DNA from: Alloascoidea hylecoeti
Taxonomy: Eukaryota
NCBI GenBank assembly: GCA_001600815.1
Contig: BCKZ01000018.1
Coordinates: 124,001 to 188,000, forward strand
Direction of reading: 5' to 3'
Length of the DNA: 64,000 nucleotides
Position numbers and translations under genes: made by a program
Part shown: positions 21,754-33,363 of the stretch, piece after piece
Position numbering within the stretch: the first letter of the stretch is position 1
Layout: each line of letters opens with the position of its first letter
The notes under the pieces: model-generated
What the model was told of the DNA's origin: nothing
What the model saw: the letters and a program-made list of their open reading frames with translations, nothing else
Databases searched by the model: none

Positions 21754-23268
21754 TTATAAATTCGACACTGAATGTCTAGGTCTTTTGAAAAATGATAATC
21801 TTTTCTTTCTTCTTGGAGTAACTCTTTCTTTTACAATTGGATATTCATCTTTCTTAGAACCTCTTAGAACTCTGTTCATCCAATATACTCCCCCTAAATA
21901 AAAGACAATACATAGAAATATCAAAAGACAAGAAATCCCTATAAACCAATTAAAATTTTTTTGATCATCTCCTGGAACTAGAATATTCATTCCAAAAAGA
22001 CCTGTTATAATATGTAATGGAACAAGAATTGTTCCAACTAGTGTAACTTGACTAAACATCACAGTAACAAGAGTAGTAGCACCAAAGGTTTCTACTTTTA
22101 GTTGAGATAAAAAGTTTTTGTTGGATCTTGAGAAGATTTTCTCATATGATTTCAGGTTTTGAAACATCGTAGTAATATGATCTTGAATGTCTCCTAAATA
22201 TAATACAAGTTCTTCATGTTTATTGTAATTAGCACCTAAATGATCATGATCATTACAACGATTTATAAACATCTTTATAACATCAATCTTTCCAGAAATA
22301 AATCTTGTTATTTTCATTACTTTTTTTCTTGATGATCCAATTCTTATAATCATATTTCTAAAATCAGAATCTCTTGCGATAGTTATATTATCTTGAAGAC
22401 CATCAGCTTCATATTCGATGGTTTGAATAATAGGTTCAAATCCATCAGTTATATCATCAAGTAAAGCATAACAAATCCAATCGGAAGTAACATTAAAATT
22501 TCTAATTCTTCTTCTTACATTTAATTGGTGATTAACTGGAGATGTATGAAAAGTTAGAATACCATTTTTGAAAACTATCATATAAAATTTAATTGGTTCA
22601 AGATATTTATCAGATGTTATATCATTATTGATTGTATGAAATACAACAAAATAATAAGATTCAAATAATTCAAATTTTTCTCTCGTTTCTTGGTTTTCAA
22701 TATCTTCTCTAGTTAAAGGATGAATTCCAAATGCTTTTGAAAACATTTGCATTTCAGATTCTGTTGGATTTAAACAATCTAGCCACCAAGTTCCTGTTTC
22801 ATTATCATGTTTGAATAGTTCTTGGAATGATTGTCCTTCTCTAATTAAAGATTGAAAATTTTCTGCACGGATAGGTTCACTATCTGGAAGCTCTGTGTTG
22901 AAAAATGTAAACCTATCACAATTGGGCGGAGTTTCCTCTTTTTCCGGCCCTTCGTTATCACTTGATTCCAATGATGAGGTTACATCTCTTGTTTCAGTTA
23001 CAATAATGTTTTTCGTGCTACTTTTTAGATTCTCAAATTTAATATGTTCTCTTGATTCAGATACTTCATCGATAATTTTCTTTTCACTTTTGCAAAAAGT
23101 TTGGATTTCATTGTAATTAATAATGTTTGTAAAATCTAATTTTCTAGAAATTGGGAAGCATGCATCATAGCACTGAAAAGAATTATTATGACAACATTCA
23201 TCTAAATCTGTCTGTGATTCTGAACTAATCACTATTTCTGGTGAAGAATTTTCATTATTCATAACCAT
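21754..23268 (-). CDS. ALR1: CorA-family Mg2+ transporter, Alr1-like (short paralog)
   Basis: WWLDCLNPT, AFGIHPLTREDI, LYLGDIQDH, ITGLFGMN and two C-terminal TM helices. Confidence 0.9.
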   Translation of the reverse strand: MVMNNENSSPEIVISSESQTDLDECCHNNSFQCYDACFPISRKLDFTNIINYNEIQTFCKSEKKIIDEVSESREHIKFENLKSSTKNIIVTETRDVTSSLESSDNEGPEKEETPPNCDRFTFFNTELPDSEPIRAENFQSLIREGQSFQELFKHDNETGTWWLDCLNPTESEMQMFSKAFGIHPLTREDIENQETREKFELFESYYFVVFHTINNDITSDKYLEPIKFYMIVFKNGILTFHTSPVNHQLNVRRRIRNFNVTSDWICYALLDDITDGFEPIIQTIEYEADGLQDNITIARDSDFRNMIIRIGSSRKKVMKITRFISGKIDVIKMFINRCNDHDHLGANYNKHEELVLYLGDIQDHITTMFQNLKSYEKIFSRSNKNFLSQLKVETFGATTLVTVMFSQVTLVGTILVPLHIITGLFGMNILVPGDDQKNFNWFIGISCLLIFLCIVFYLGGVYWMNRVLRGSKKDEYPIVKERVTPRRKKRLSFFKRPRHSVSNL

Positions 23269-24967
23269 TTTAAAAAAAGATTTCTTTGTTTAGATAATTT
23301 TAATTATAGTGTGTGATATAAAATATTTTGTATATCTTATTTGTAGCTTCTCACAATTGTAATTGGTAATGTGTTTTAAAGATATTCTGTAAATAATTGT
23401 AACTATAAAATTGTAACGTTTTCACCATAATTTGGATATTTCACTTCAATTGTTAAGAGAAAGAGAAAGAGGGAGAGAGAAAGAGAGAGAAACAAAGATT
23501 GAATTATTTCAGCAGTCGATATATAATACAATTACAAAATTAAATTTTTACATAATAAGCTTTTTAAATATACCAAAATTAGGATTTAAACCCATCCATC
23601 TAAATGCTTCCAAGAGACATGGATATATTCCTTGGAGTTTTAGTTGGGAAAAAATGGAAAGAAAACAAGGCTACTCATATTAGAATTAAATGGACATAAC
23701 CAATTAAAATCTAAATATATAAGATTACTGACTTTTAAATACCTCACTTACAAGCATCCAGACATAAATAAATTTATCTACCATAGTTAACTCCAATTTT
23801 TTGAGTAAAATTTAAAACGTGTCCAAATATTTAAGTTCATTAAAAACTTAAGTATATACACAATAATATAATAGCTTTTAAACGTGTTTTCGATTAGAAC
23901 TTTACAGATTACCTGTAATATCGATATATCAAAATCTACTATTAAAGATCTTACAGTGTGGGAAAATATGAATATGAATCTATGAATATATAGTACTTAA
24001 CCATATGAGTATTTAAAACTTTACTGTTGCTATTAATGTTCTAATTTAAGCAATATTCTTGATTAGGTATTTATTCAGAAAATTATAGTCATAATTAAGC
24101 CCTGCAGCTGAATAACAAAAAAACAAAAACCAAATACATCACAATCGCCAAAAATGGTATATAAATTACGTATTAAAAGATTTTTTAAATTTGTGTTACC
24201 CTTTTCTTGAAAGGATACGGTAATTGGTACAGGCTGGTAGTTAGGGTAGGTAAAATTAAGCAGCAGATGAGAAACATATTTAGATATCACTACAGGAATA
24301 ATAGGATAGCACTTAAAATAAAACATAAATAATTTTGAAAGTTTAAACCTATACACGTATATACAACCATCTTCGACAGACTCAAACCTTGAAATAAAAC
24401 ATTATTTATCTACCTTGCAAGATCTACACGTTCTTCTAAAAAAAAAAATTAATGTTAAGAAATAATAAACAGCCTATATGTAAAGAATATCAGTCGTATG
24501 AAAATGATTTTTGACAGCTTTTATGTAATTATAGTTAAACTTTGCAATTTGGTACACAATGCAGCCTGTTACAAAGGATTCAGGAGTTATTACCGTGTTA
24601 TAATTGTTATTATAGTAAATGAAATTTAAATAACTATATCTATATATATATATTTTGTCGTGAGTCGTAAGCATATAACATGTCACTTCCAACATATAAT
24701 TAGATCTAGAATTGATTCTAAAGTTGATAAGTACTGTAAAAGAGTAAACAAGATTTATATTAATCTAACGATAATAATTTTAAAGCAATTAATGAATATA
24801 TGTGTACATAAAACAAAGATTTAAAAGGGAAAAAAATAATTGATCAAAATTACGATTAAAAATTCAAGAAATCAGAAATCCGTCTATCATAGACCTCAAG
24901 TATATGATATATCAATTGATAAGCACATATTATACATTTTTAACTCCTTTTCGAGCTAAAAAAAGAA

Positions 24968-25276
24968 TTACAGTCCAAGTAAAACAGCACAACCGACTAA
25001 AGCAAATAAACTTGTTCCTTTGATTCCTAAATCAATACCATTGGCAGCACCGGTACTTACCTCAGGGATAGTAGGAACTGATGAATTAGAACCTTGTGGT
25101 GATGGAGTTGGTACAACAACTGGACAGTGGGTAGTAGCTGATGGACACATAGTAACAACTTGAGTTGTCTTTAATGTAGTTGATTGAACATCTGTAACTG
25201 TGACTTCAACTGCGGATGTTAAACTTATGTTTATGGCGGTTAAAGTAGCGATTGTTTGAATTGTTGATAACTTCAT
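24968..25276 (-). CDS. Small secreted GPI-anchored cell-wall mannoprotein (Ccw12-like architecture)
   Basis: Signal peptide, Thr/Val-rich core with TMCP/THCP, omega region STGAAN and hydrophobic C-terminal tail. Confidence 0.8.
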   Translation of the reverse strand: MKLSTIQTIATLTAINISLTSAVEVTVTDVQSTTLKTTQVVTMCPSATTHCPVVVPTPSPQGSNSSVPTIPEVSTGAANGIDLGIKGTSLFALVGCAVLLGL

Positions 25277-26161
25277 TTTTTTTTTTTTGTTTGAAAAATA
25301 TTATTTGATAAGCAAGTATTTAGAGAGAAAATCCTTGATTTAAATAATAATTTTTATCTATTCATTGTTTAAGATACCAACATTCGTTTTTTTGGATATT
25401 TGGAACAATTTTATGCATGAGTATGCAAGGGTGGCATAATTATTTCTAGATGTAGTAATTTGTCCTAAAGAATCACCAGCCACGCACTAAAGATGGCAAA
25501 GCTGGTCCTATATTAGCATTTCTGATATTCAATTGAGATAAATGAGATCAAGTAAGGTATATTAAATAGCCAAATAAAATTAAAGTACCTATTTATTATC
25601 AAATTAAGTAATATGAGTGTGCCGTATTATGAATATAGGTGGTTGTACAGATAAAATACTGAAATAGGTAACATCTTAAAATAATGCACATGTGCAGATT
25701 ATACGAATCAGTACACTTATTGATTTGATAGGAAGATTTCGAAGATGTAGTAGCTAGGCTTATTTTTATATGCATAATACAACTCTCACGAACTATTTAT
25801 AGTTATATTGAAGCTGAATTATGAAATTAAATAATGTAGGAAATGAGTTGCAATTATCGGTACTACGTCATAGTATCTAATTATATATATACGATCTAGA
25901 TCTTAATTTAGATCTTACCTACCACGTTCCAACTCTCCTTTGAGAATCTGTAAATTTTGATTAATATTTCACATAACCAGTACGTATTGTTTTTAATTAT
26001 GTTATTAAACAAATAATCCCTCAATATTGTTTCTAAGTAGTTGGTTGTGATAAGTTGTTAAAATAAACCGACGGGTAGGGTAACCATTTGTAACAACACG
26101 TTTATGATTCTTTGCTAATCTCCATGGTATATTAGAAAAAGTAAAGAAAACTAAAATAAAT

Positions 26162-27373
26162 ATGAAAGCTGAAGATCAACAACGACAATCTTTAAATGGA
26201 TCAGACAAGGAAAAGGAAACTTTACCATCATCAAATTTAGAAACATCAGATATAGATCCAACACTTTCACCATTTTTTACATCAACGTTTGTACCACATG
26301 CTTATTTAGATTCATTTTTTCAAATACATCTTCCAAAAACTAATAATAAATCAACAATAAATAAAAATTTAAATTTAAATAATAAAAGTAACAATGCAGT
26401 AAATAATTTATTATTATCATCATTGGATACATTAACAAATTTTCAATTAAAAAGTACTGAATTATTAACAAAATTAGAATATAAATCAAATTCATTAACA
26501 AAGGAATTAGAAATATTAGTTGATGGACTTGAACAAAATGGAGTTATTATTGCATCAAATAATCGATATGATAATATAGATGATAACAATGATAATGATG
26601 AAGATGAAAAAGGTGGAGAAGAAGAAGAAGAAGAAGAAGAAGAAGAAGAAAAAGGTACAACACGATTAGATTATTATATTGAAACATTGGAAAGTTCAAT
26701 AAAAGGATTAAATTCAGATATATCTAATGTTTCAACAGATATATCAGATACTTTATTTACTACCACTACAGCGATTAAAAATGATGAAAGCGACAAGAAA
26801 CAAGAAACATCATCAATTATAAAATTAGCAAATTTAAATCAAGTTAAGAAAAAAATGGAATTAGTATTACAAGTTTTAACAACAGCAAAATCAATTTCAA
26901 TGACTTCAGTACCTGATGAAATAAGTAATGAAAATGATGGATCATTATCGGTAGAAACATATCAAAGACAAAAAAAAGTGGAATTTGGTCATGTTATAAC
27001 AACAAAAGAATTTCAAAATTCATTAAAAACTATTTATAATACATTATCATCAGAATTAATATCACCATCATCTAATGAACAACTAAATTTAAATTCTAAA
27101 AATGAAGCATTAGAACAAATTGAATTTATGGGATCATTGATTCCGTTATTTAAAGATATGAAAGAATTTAGTTTATTATATAATGAATTTATAAAAGATT
27201 TACAATTAGCAGTTGAAGAAACAGAAAAGAAAGAAAAAGAAAGAGAAGAGAAGGGGAAAAAAGTTGAAGACCATAAATTATCGACTTTTAATAATGATGG
27301 GAAAAGTGAAGAGGCTGCTGCTGGGTATTCTGGGTTTATTTCGCAATTACAAAGAAGAATTGGAGGATATTAA
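26162..27373 (+). CDS. COG7: Conserved oligomeric Golgi complex subunit 7
   Basis: FFTSTFVPHAYLD, LLTKLEYKSNSLTKELE and RLDYYIETLESSIKGL match recalled yeast Cog7 blocks. Contains an internal (GAA)n poly-Glu tract. Confidence 0.75.
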   Translation: MKAEDQQRQSLNGSDKEKETLPSSNLETSDIDPTLSPFFTSTFVPHAYLDSFFQIHLPKTNNKSTINKNLNLNNKSNNAVNNLLLSSLDTLTNFQLKSTELLTKLEYKSNSLTKELEILVDGLEQNGVIIASNNRYDNIDDNNDNDEDEKGGEEEEEEEEEEEKGTTRLDYYIETLESSIKGLNSDISNVSTDISDTLFTTTTAIKNDESDKKQETSSIIKLANLNQVKKKMELVLQVLTTAKSISMTSVPDEISNENDGSLSVETYQRQKKVEFGHVITTKEFQNSLKTIYNTLSSELISPSSNEQLNLNSKNEALEQIEFMGSLIPLFKDMKEFSLLYNEFIKDLQLAVEETEKKEKEREEKGKKVEDHKLSTFNNDGKSEEAAAGYSGFISQLQRRIGGY

Positions 27374-27406
27374 ATAAATTAGCTGAAATATATCATAGTG
27401 ACGTAC

Positions 27407-27451
27407 CACGTGGGTCAGGCTTCCAGAAACGTGCTGATAATTACGCACGTG
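27407..27451. promoter_or_regulatory. Cluster of bHLH E-boxes (Pho4/Cbf1-type) upstream of ECL1
   Basis: CACGTGGG at 27407, AACGTG (CACGTT on the minus strand) at 27428 and CACGTG at 27446. Confidence 0.55.
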
Positions 27452-27564
27452 CACGATCAGTAATGTTTATTTAAAGTGATAGCTCTCCTCCACATAAAAA
27501 AATCATTTACTTTTCAGATCAACTTCTTTCTTTGATTCCATTCTTACTACACACATATTCTACA

Positions 27565-27909
27565 ATGTTTGAGGACTACTGCCTTCTCTGTAACTGCCAA
27601 TGTCAGCTTGGCGAAGCATACTGTTCTGAAAAATGTCGGACAAGGGATCAGATCCAATCTCTTTCCCCGCAACAACAGTCTCCACAGACTTATTCTACAC
27701 TAGAAGGATTAAATTCTCCTTTGCTGTCTCCTTCACCTTTACTACTCCAGCATCAAGCGAATCTCAAAAATGACAAAGTTCCATCATTCTCATTATCTAT
27801 GAGCTTCCCGAGTGCCCGGAGCCCCGGAGAATCATCTGGTAACTTAAATTTAAATGCTATAAATATTACAAAGCAGGAATATAAAAAATCACTGGATATT
27901 GCTCTATAA
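27565..27909 (+). CDS. ECL1: Ecl1-family chronological-lifespan protein
   Basis: N-terminal YCLLC-x8-YCSEKCRTRD four-Cys motif followed by a Ser/Pro-rich tail (SPLLSPSPLL); ATG at 27565. Confidence 0.8.
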   Translation: MFEDYCLLCNCQCQLGEAYCSEKCRTRDQIQSLSPQQQSPQTYSTLEGLNSPLLSPSPLLLQHQANLKNDKVPSFSLSMSFPSARSPGESSGNLNLNAINITKQEYKKSLDIAL

Positions 27910-28286
27910 ACACTCATAATTGGCAGGCGCATTTGCACATTCTTTACTATTATTTATTTTGTTTTTGTATATACCATTAATGTCAGCATTCTATTTATAT
28001 TTTAATGAAAAATTTCTTTTTATAATGAAAAACTGTTAAGCAATCGAAAAAGGTGGAGCGATATTTTAATATATCTGCATGCATGCATACGTAACATGCA
28101 CTTTTTAGTGAAACTCTTTGTTGTAATTACCCTACGTGCACGCAATAATACGTGGAAAAATTAGAAATCTTCCGATTTTAGTGGAAATATCAAACTTTCC
28201 CAAACTCTAATCATATACAACATAAAACCATGGCATCTACCGAATGTCTTGCCGATTGCGTAGACTAGTTAGTTAACATTATAGTA

Positions 28287-28323
28287 CTTCATGATTATCG
28301 CTTCATGATTATTGCTTCATGAT
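28287..28323. repeat. 14-bp tandem repeat CTTCATGATTATYG x2.6
   Basis: Read directly. Confidence 0.8.
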
Positions 28324-28637
28324 CACATGGAAAATGGGACAGAGGAATAAAAATAATTCAGCCATAATTATCTTCGCGATATTATTACCACCGATCATTG
28401 CGAAATCCAATTACTAGTGTATGTAACCCATTCACTCTGTATTCACCAGAATCACTACCATATTAATCCAAATCTCTTGTTGCACTTGTAATTTTGAATT
28501 TGTGATGCAGTATTCCATATAAAACTTAAAACTAATATTGATCCTGTTGGTTCAAATCTTTACGAAATATACACTCACAAAAAACAGAAGAGATGTTTTC
28601 CAATTTTAAAGCACCTTATAGGTTATAAAACTAAATC

Positions 28638-28670
28638 GTTTCCATCGTCGGTTTCCATCGTCGGTTTCCA
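28638..28670. repeat. 13-bp tandem repeat GTTTCCATCGTCG x2.5
   Basis: Read directly. Confidence 0.85.
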
Positions 28671-30370
28671 GGATTATATACCACATATGATATGCTTGAA
28701 AATAGACCGCTATAACTGTGACTTCAGATCTGAACCTAGATTCTTGGCTAATTTATCAAAGAGTATAATCATATGACATCTATTCAAATTTCAAAATAAA
28801 ATATATAGTATCCTCGCGCTCTCTACTCCTTTTGAAAGTCAAGTTTATTACCCGATGAAGCTTACGGCCATGGTCATGGGGTAGCATGGATGTCAAGTTT
28901 ACAACAGAACCGTTTCTGGGTACAAAATATTGATACTTTAATAGTCATAAATGTATGAAGCTCTTCGTATTGAGAAGAATTTTTTTTTTTTTTTTCTAGA
29001 GCTTGTAGTTGTTGTGCCATGGTAAAATAAAGTTACAGTATATTTTTTTCAATTCTTTTTATCTCCTAATTTATAACATACAAAAAATATAATAAGAAGT
29101 AATTTGGTATAGTTTAATTAATAATTATTAGTACGTATAAGAACTTACGTGAGAATTTAGAAGCTTAGGCTTGAGCCTCACTCATCTAAGATTAATAAAA
29201 TAAGTACTGTCAAGTAGTAGCGGTTTCCCTGCAGAAGGAGCAATATATGTATCCTTTTAGAAGAAGGAGATCATCATTTGTAGTGATGAATGAGAAAGCC
29301 ATTCAAGAATTTAAGAGGATCAAGGATTAAACTTCCAAATAAAAACGATTCAACGAAATTTAAGTGTTGCTATAGGGATTTTAAACTCTATAACTGCAAT
29401 TGAAAATGCTTGGTATACCTGCAACTGCAGCCGTGTGAACGTAGTAAAAGCCATAATTATAACTCTACGCTTTCAATCCCTCATTTAACTTGTATACGAT
29501 AGGTTTATTGTATAACTGGGTGCTTTTAAATCTTAGTTAATTAAATTAAATATATAAAACCTGAACATATGATTTGGGGTTCAACAAGATCTTCATTGAT
29601 TTCAGATCAAACTAAAAGAATCTAATTTCATACTGTCACAGCACGACTAATGTTTCAGTAGATTTAGTGAGTTATGTTATTATATCACTCTATTTTAACT
29701 CTTTATGATCAGCAAAATATTCTATAATATCAGTGAACCTTGATGAGTGATTATAACACTTTATAATCTATAAAACTTATCTGATACAAATTTAATATAT
29801 AGTTTTGATATAACCCATGTAAAAACTATCTCAGTTTAAATTGAGGTTTTTTGTTAATTTTTTAATTTTTTAAGGTTTATGATTAAACCTTTTTTCTTCC
29901 TAAAAATAAATATTATATGTTCAATTTGTCAACAGCCGTGTGCTTACGAATATTATTTTTATATATAGATGGACCTTATCCACTTGAAATTTAATGTTCA
30001 TAACTTCCATTTAATTTGTAAAAAAATTACAACTTTGGTGAAGTAAAAATAACTTAATAAACAAAAAGTTTACTAAACAATATACTACTTAAAAGTAAGT
30101 AGAAATTATACATATCTTTATAACATTTATATAATTATTAACATTGTATTTCAAATAGTTAATAAGATAAAAAACTGATTTCAAGTTATGGAGAAAACTT
30201 TACAAATTAATACTACGAATAAATTATACACAAATTGCATCCTTACCGCTTGAATAATTAATTAATAATAGATAATAATAACTTAAACAGTATATTTATT
30301 ATTACACAAAAAATTCTAATTATTATCTTTATAACTATTTTAAAAAATTGAAACAAAAGATAAAAAGAAA

Positions 30371-32227
30371 ATGTCATCAGAAGACGAAAAACACACAAAG
30401 GGAGAGAAAAAAGGCTCTAATCTTCATCAAGATTTATTACAATATCAATCTGAATATCATGAATATGATTCAACAACAAGTTCTTTAGATTTAGATACTA
30501 AAGAAATGGAGAAACAATTAAAACATACAAAATCAAATACATCTTATAACGATGTTGGAAGTAGTACCAATGATGGTATGCCAAAAAATAAAAGATCAAA
30601 AAGTATTTCTAAAACAATTAAAGGATTTGTTAAAAATAGAGGTTTGAGTATGGGAGGAACAAATAGAAAACCAAGTTTTAAAGATCAACAACAACGTAAT
30701 AGTTTTGAAAGTATTATGATTAATAAAGAAATTGATGAAGATTGTTTCGAGGATACAGATGATGATTCTAAAAAAAGTCTTGGTGAAAAAAAAGAAGAAG
30801 ATGTTTGTTTTCCAATTTATCTTGAAAAAAATAATGAAAATAAAACAACTATTAATTTTGAGGAAATGGATTCATTTGGTAAAGGTGTAAATGAGGATTA
30901 TTTAAGACCAAGACCTAGATCCAGATCCAGATCTAGATCAATTATTCCAAATAACACTCGTTTTTTAAATATTCCAGTTGGTTATAATAATAATCGTCCA
31001 TTGAGTACTGCTGAATTATCTTCAAAGGAGAAAGCTAATGGTGTAACATTTGATGAGACTTTCCGTCCAAATAAATCTTTTAATAAAGATAGATTTACTT
31101 ATTTTTCAACAAAAACAAATGATTCAATTCATGCTGATTTATTCCCAGATTTAATTAAAGAAAATCAATCATTTGAAGATTTATTTGATAAAAAAAATGG
31201 AACTTGGTGGCTTGATTGTTCAAACCCAACAGATTCAGAAATTAAAATGATTTCAAAAGCTTTTGGTATTCATCCATTAACAAGAGAAGATATTGAAATG
31301 CAAGAAACAAGAGAAAAATTTGAATTATTTAAATCTTATTATTTTGTTGCTTTTCATACATTTGATAATGATAAATCTTCAAATGAATATCTTGAACCAA
31401 TTACTTTTTATATGGTTGTTTTTGAAGGTTTTATATTAACTTTTCATTTTGGTGCTGTTTCTCATCCATCTAATGTTAGAAGGAGAATTAGAAAATTAAA
31501 TGGTTATATAAATGTTACTTCAGATTGGATTAGTTATGCAGTAATTGATGATATTACAGATGGTTTTGCTCCAATTATAATGAGTATGGAATATGAAGCA
31601 GATTCAATGGAAGATCATGTACTTGTTGCAAGAGAAATTGATTTTAAATCAATTTTGAATCAAATTGGTGATTCAAGAAAAGAAATTATGACATTATCAA
31701 GATTACTTTCCGGAAAATCAGATGTTATTAAAACATTTATAAAACGTTATAGAAATGAATTACAATCTGGTAGTCATGGGAATTTTAATGAAGAAATTCC
31801 TTTATATTTAGGTGATATTCAAGATCATATTGCAACAATGATTCAAAATTTATTATCTTATGAAAAGATATTTTCAAGATCTCATGGAAATTTTTTATCA
31901 CAAATTCAAGTTGAATCTTTAAGTTCAAATAATCGTGTTACAGTAATGCTAAATCAAATTACATTAATTGGTACAATTCTTGTTCCACTTAATGTTATTA
32001 CTGGTCTATTTGGTATGAATGTTAAAGTTCCTGGTGGTGGACAAAGTGATTTTCATTGGTTTATTGGTATTTGTGTTTTGTTTATTGGAATTGTTATTAT
32101 TTCTCTTACCATTGGATTTTATTGGATGTCAAAAAGTAGTGTAAAGAGTGAATTCAATAAATCAATGACAATTGAAGACTCTATTGAGATGGAGAGAAAC
32201 CTTAATAAATCAAAGAAAAAGAAATAA
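30371..32227 (+). CDS. ALR1: CorA-family Mg2+ transporter, Alr1-like (long paralog)
   Basis: EEDVCFP, DRFTYFS, WWLDCSNPT, AFGIHPLTREDI, LYLGDIQDH and ITGLFGMNVKVPG. Confidence 0.92.
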   Translation: MSSEDEKHTKGEKKGSNLHQDLLQYQSEYHEYDSTTSSLDLDTKEMEKQLKHTKSNTSYNDVGSSTNDGMPKNKRSKSISKTIKGFVKNRGLSMGGTNRKPSFKDQQQRNSFESIMINKEIDEDCFEDTDDDSKKSLGEKKEEDVCFPIYLEKNNENKTTINFEEMDSFGKGVNEDYLRPRPRSRSRSRSIIPNNTRFLNIPVGYNNNRPLSTAELSSKEKANGVTFDETFRPNKSFNKDRFTYFSTKTNDSIHADLFPDLIKENQSFEDLFDKKNGTWWLDCSNPTDSEIKMISKAFGIHPLTREDIEMQETREKFELFKSYYFVAFHTFDNDKSSNEYLEPITFYMVVFEGFILTFHFGAVSHPSNVRRRIRKLNGYINVTSDWISYAVIDDITDGFAPIIMSMEYEADSMEDHVLVAREIDFKSILNQIGDSRKEIMTLSRLLSGKSDVIKTFIKRYRNELQSGSHGNFNEEIPLYLGDIQDHIATMIQNLLSYEKIFSRSHGNFLSQIQVESLSSNNRVTVMLNQITLIGTILVPLNVITGLFGMNVKVPGGGQSDFHWFIGICVLFIGIVIISLTIGFYWMSKSSVKSEFNKSMTIEDSIEMERNLNKSKKKK

Positions 32228-32742
32228 TATTTCGTTCATATAACATAACATATAATAATTAAGTATTTAATTTGAATTGAAATATAAAATATTTTATTAA
32301 TATTCCTAGTGATGTAAACATAATAGTAATACATATGTATGACTTAATTAATCAATATTATACGATTAGACCGTAGAGTGTTATAATGATTAATTATATA
32401 AGGCTATATATATATCGATGGCCCCACTCTAAAACAAAAAAGTTTTAGTTAAGATGAATTCCCATAAAATATATTTGCATATTTTTCTAATATCTATTCT
32501 TCAGGTTCATATCACTGCTAATGCCTGAAACGGAACCAATTGCAATTGTAACCATTATAAATGGTATGGCAAATAACTTTAGCAAAAGTAAAAGCCAAAA
32601 TATTGCAGCAGCTATTCTCACTTAAACAAGGATCATAATGAATTTCAAATAATTTGATTTGATTTGTATGATGTTTTAAAACCATACCGATATCAGCAAA
32701 ATAGCAATTTTTGGTTATAAAACTTTGCAACTGATTAATATT

Positions 32743-33363
32743 TCATGTCAAATTACTTCGCTCTTCATACAACTTATAATCGTCATCATCTATAGATTGC
32801 TTTATAGCTTCTTCTATAACAACACCTAAAGCAATCAATGCTGTTTCATCAAACGCATGGCATAATTCTTTATTTAGTTCTGGCTTATATTTCATATCAT
32901 AATAGTTTGAGGTATAATTTTGTAGCGACATTAGCAAACTTGAGTCAGGAAGAGGTCTTTTTAAATTTACTGGAATATTATCAGGTTTGAAGGCCATAAA
33001 TTCCTCATCTTTGTTATCGTCATTATTATTCTCATCGACTTCATCATTATCATTATCATTATTAATCTCACCTTGAAATTCAGTATCATTATTATCAAGG
33101 TCACCTTCAATATTAAATCCATCAATTTCACCATCAGTTCCAGTTTTAATTTTAGTGGTTGTTGCCCGTTCTCTTGCTTTCCTTCCATAATTGTATAATC
33201 TTTTCTTTTTTTCATATTTGCGTACAATTAATTCATCTGGGCCAACTGGAGAACCGAAAGGCTCAGTGCCAATCTGCATACGATATAAACCAGCTGAAGC
33301 ATAGTATATATTAGAATTCGTGATAGATTTTATGGCATTTTGAAGCTTTACATCTTTCGACAT
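32743..33363 (-). CDS. RRN10: RNA polymerase I UAF subunit Rrn10-like protein
   Basis: NIYYASAG, GPDELIVR, LPDSSLLMSLQNYTSNYY and FDETALIALGVVIEE match the recalled fungal Rrn10-family pattern. Confidence 0.6.
   Translation of the reverse strand: MSKDVKLQNAIKSITNSNIYYASAGLYRMQIGTEPFGSPVGPDELIVRKYEKKKRLYNYGRKARERATTTKIKTGTDGEIDGFNIEGDLDNNDTEFQGEINNDNDNDEVDENNNDDNKDEEFMAFKPDNIPVNLKRPLPDSSLLMSLQNYTSNYYDMKYKPELNKELCHAFDETALIALGVVIEEAIKQSIDDDDYKLYEERSNLT

Noticed and set aside
28287..28670. Short direct repeats as a CRISPR array or telomere seed
   Set aside because: Only 2-3 adjacent units, no spacers, eukaryotic context, and no evidence for the telomere motif.
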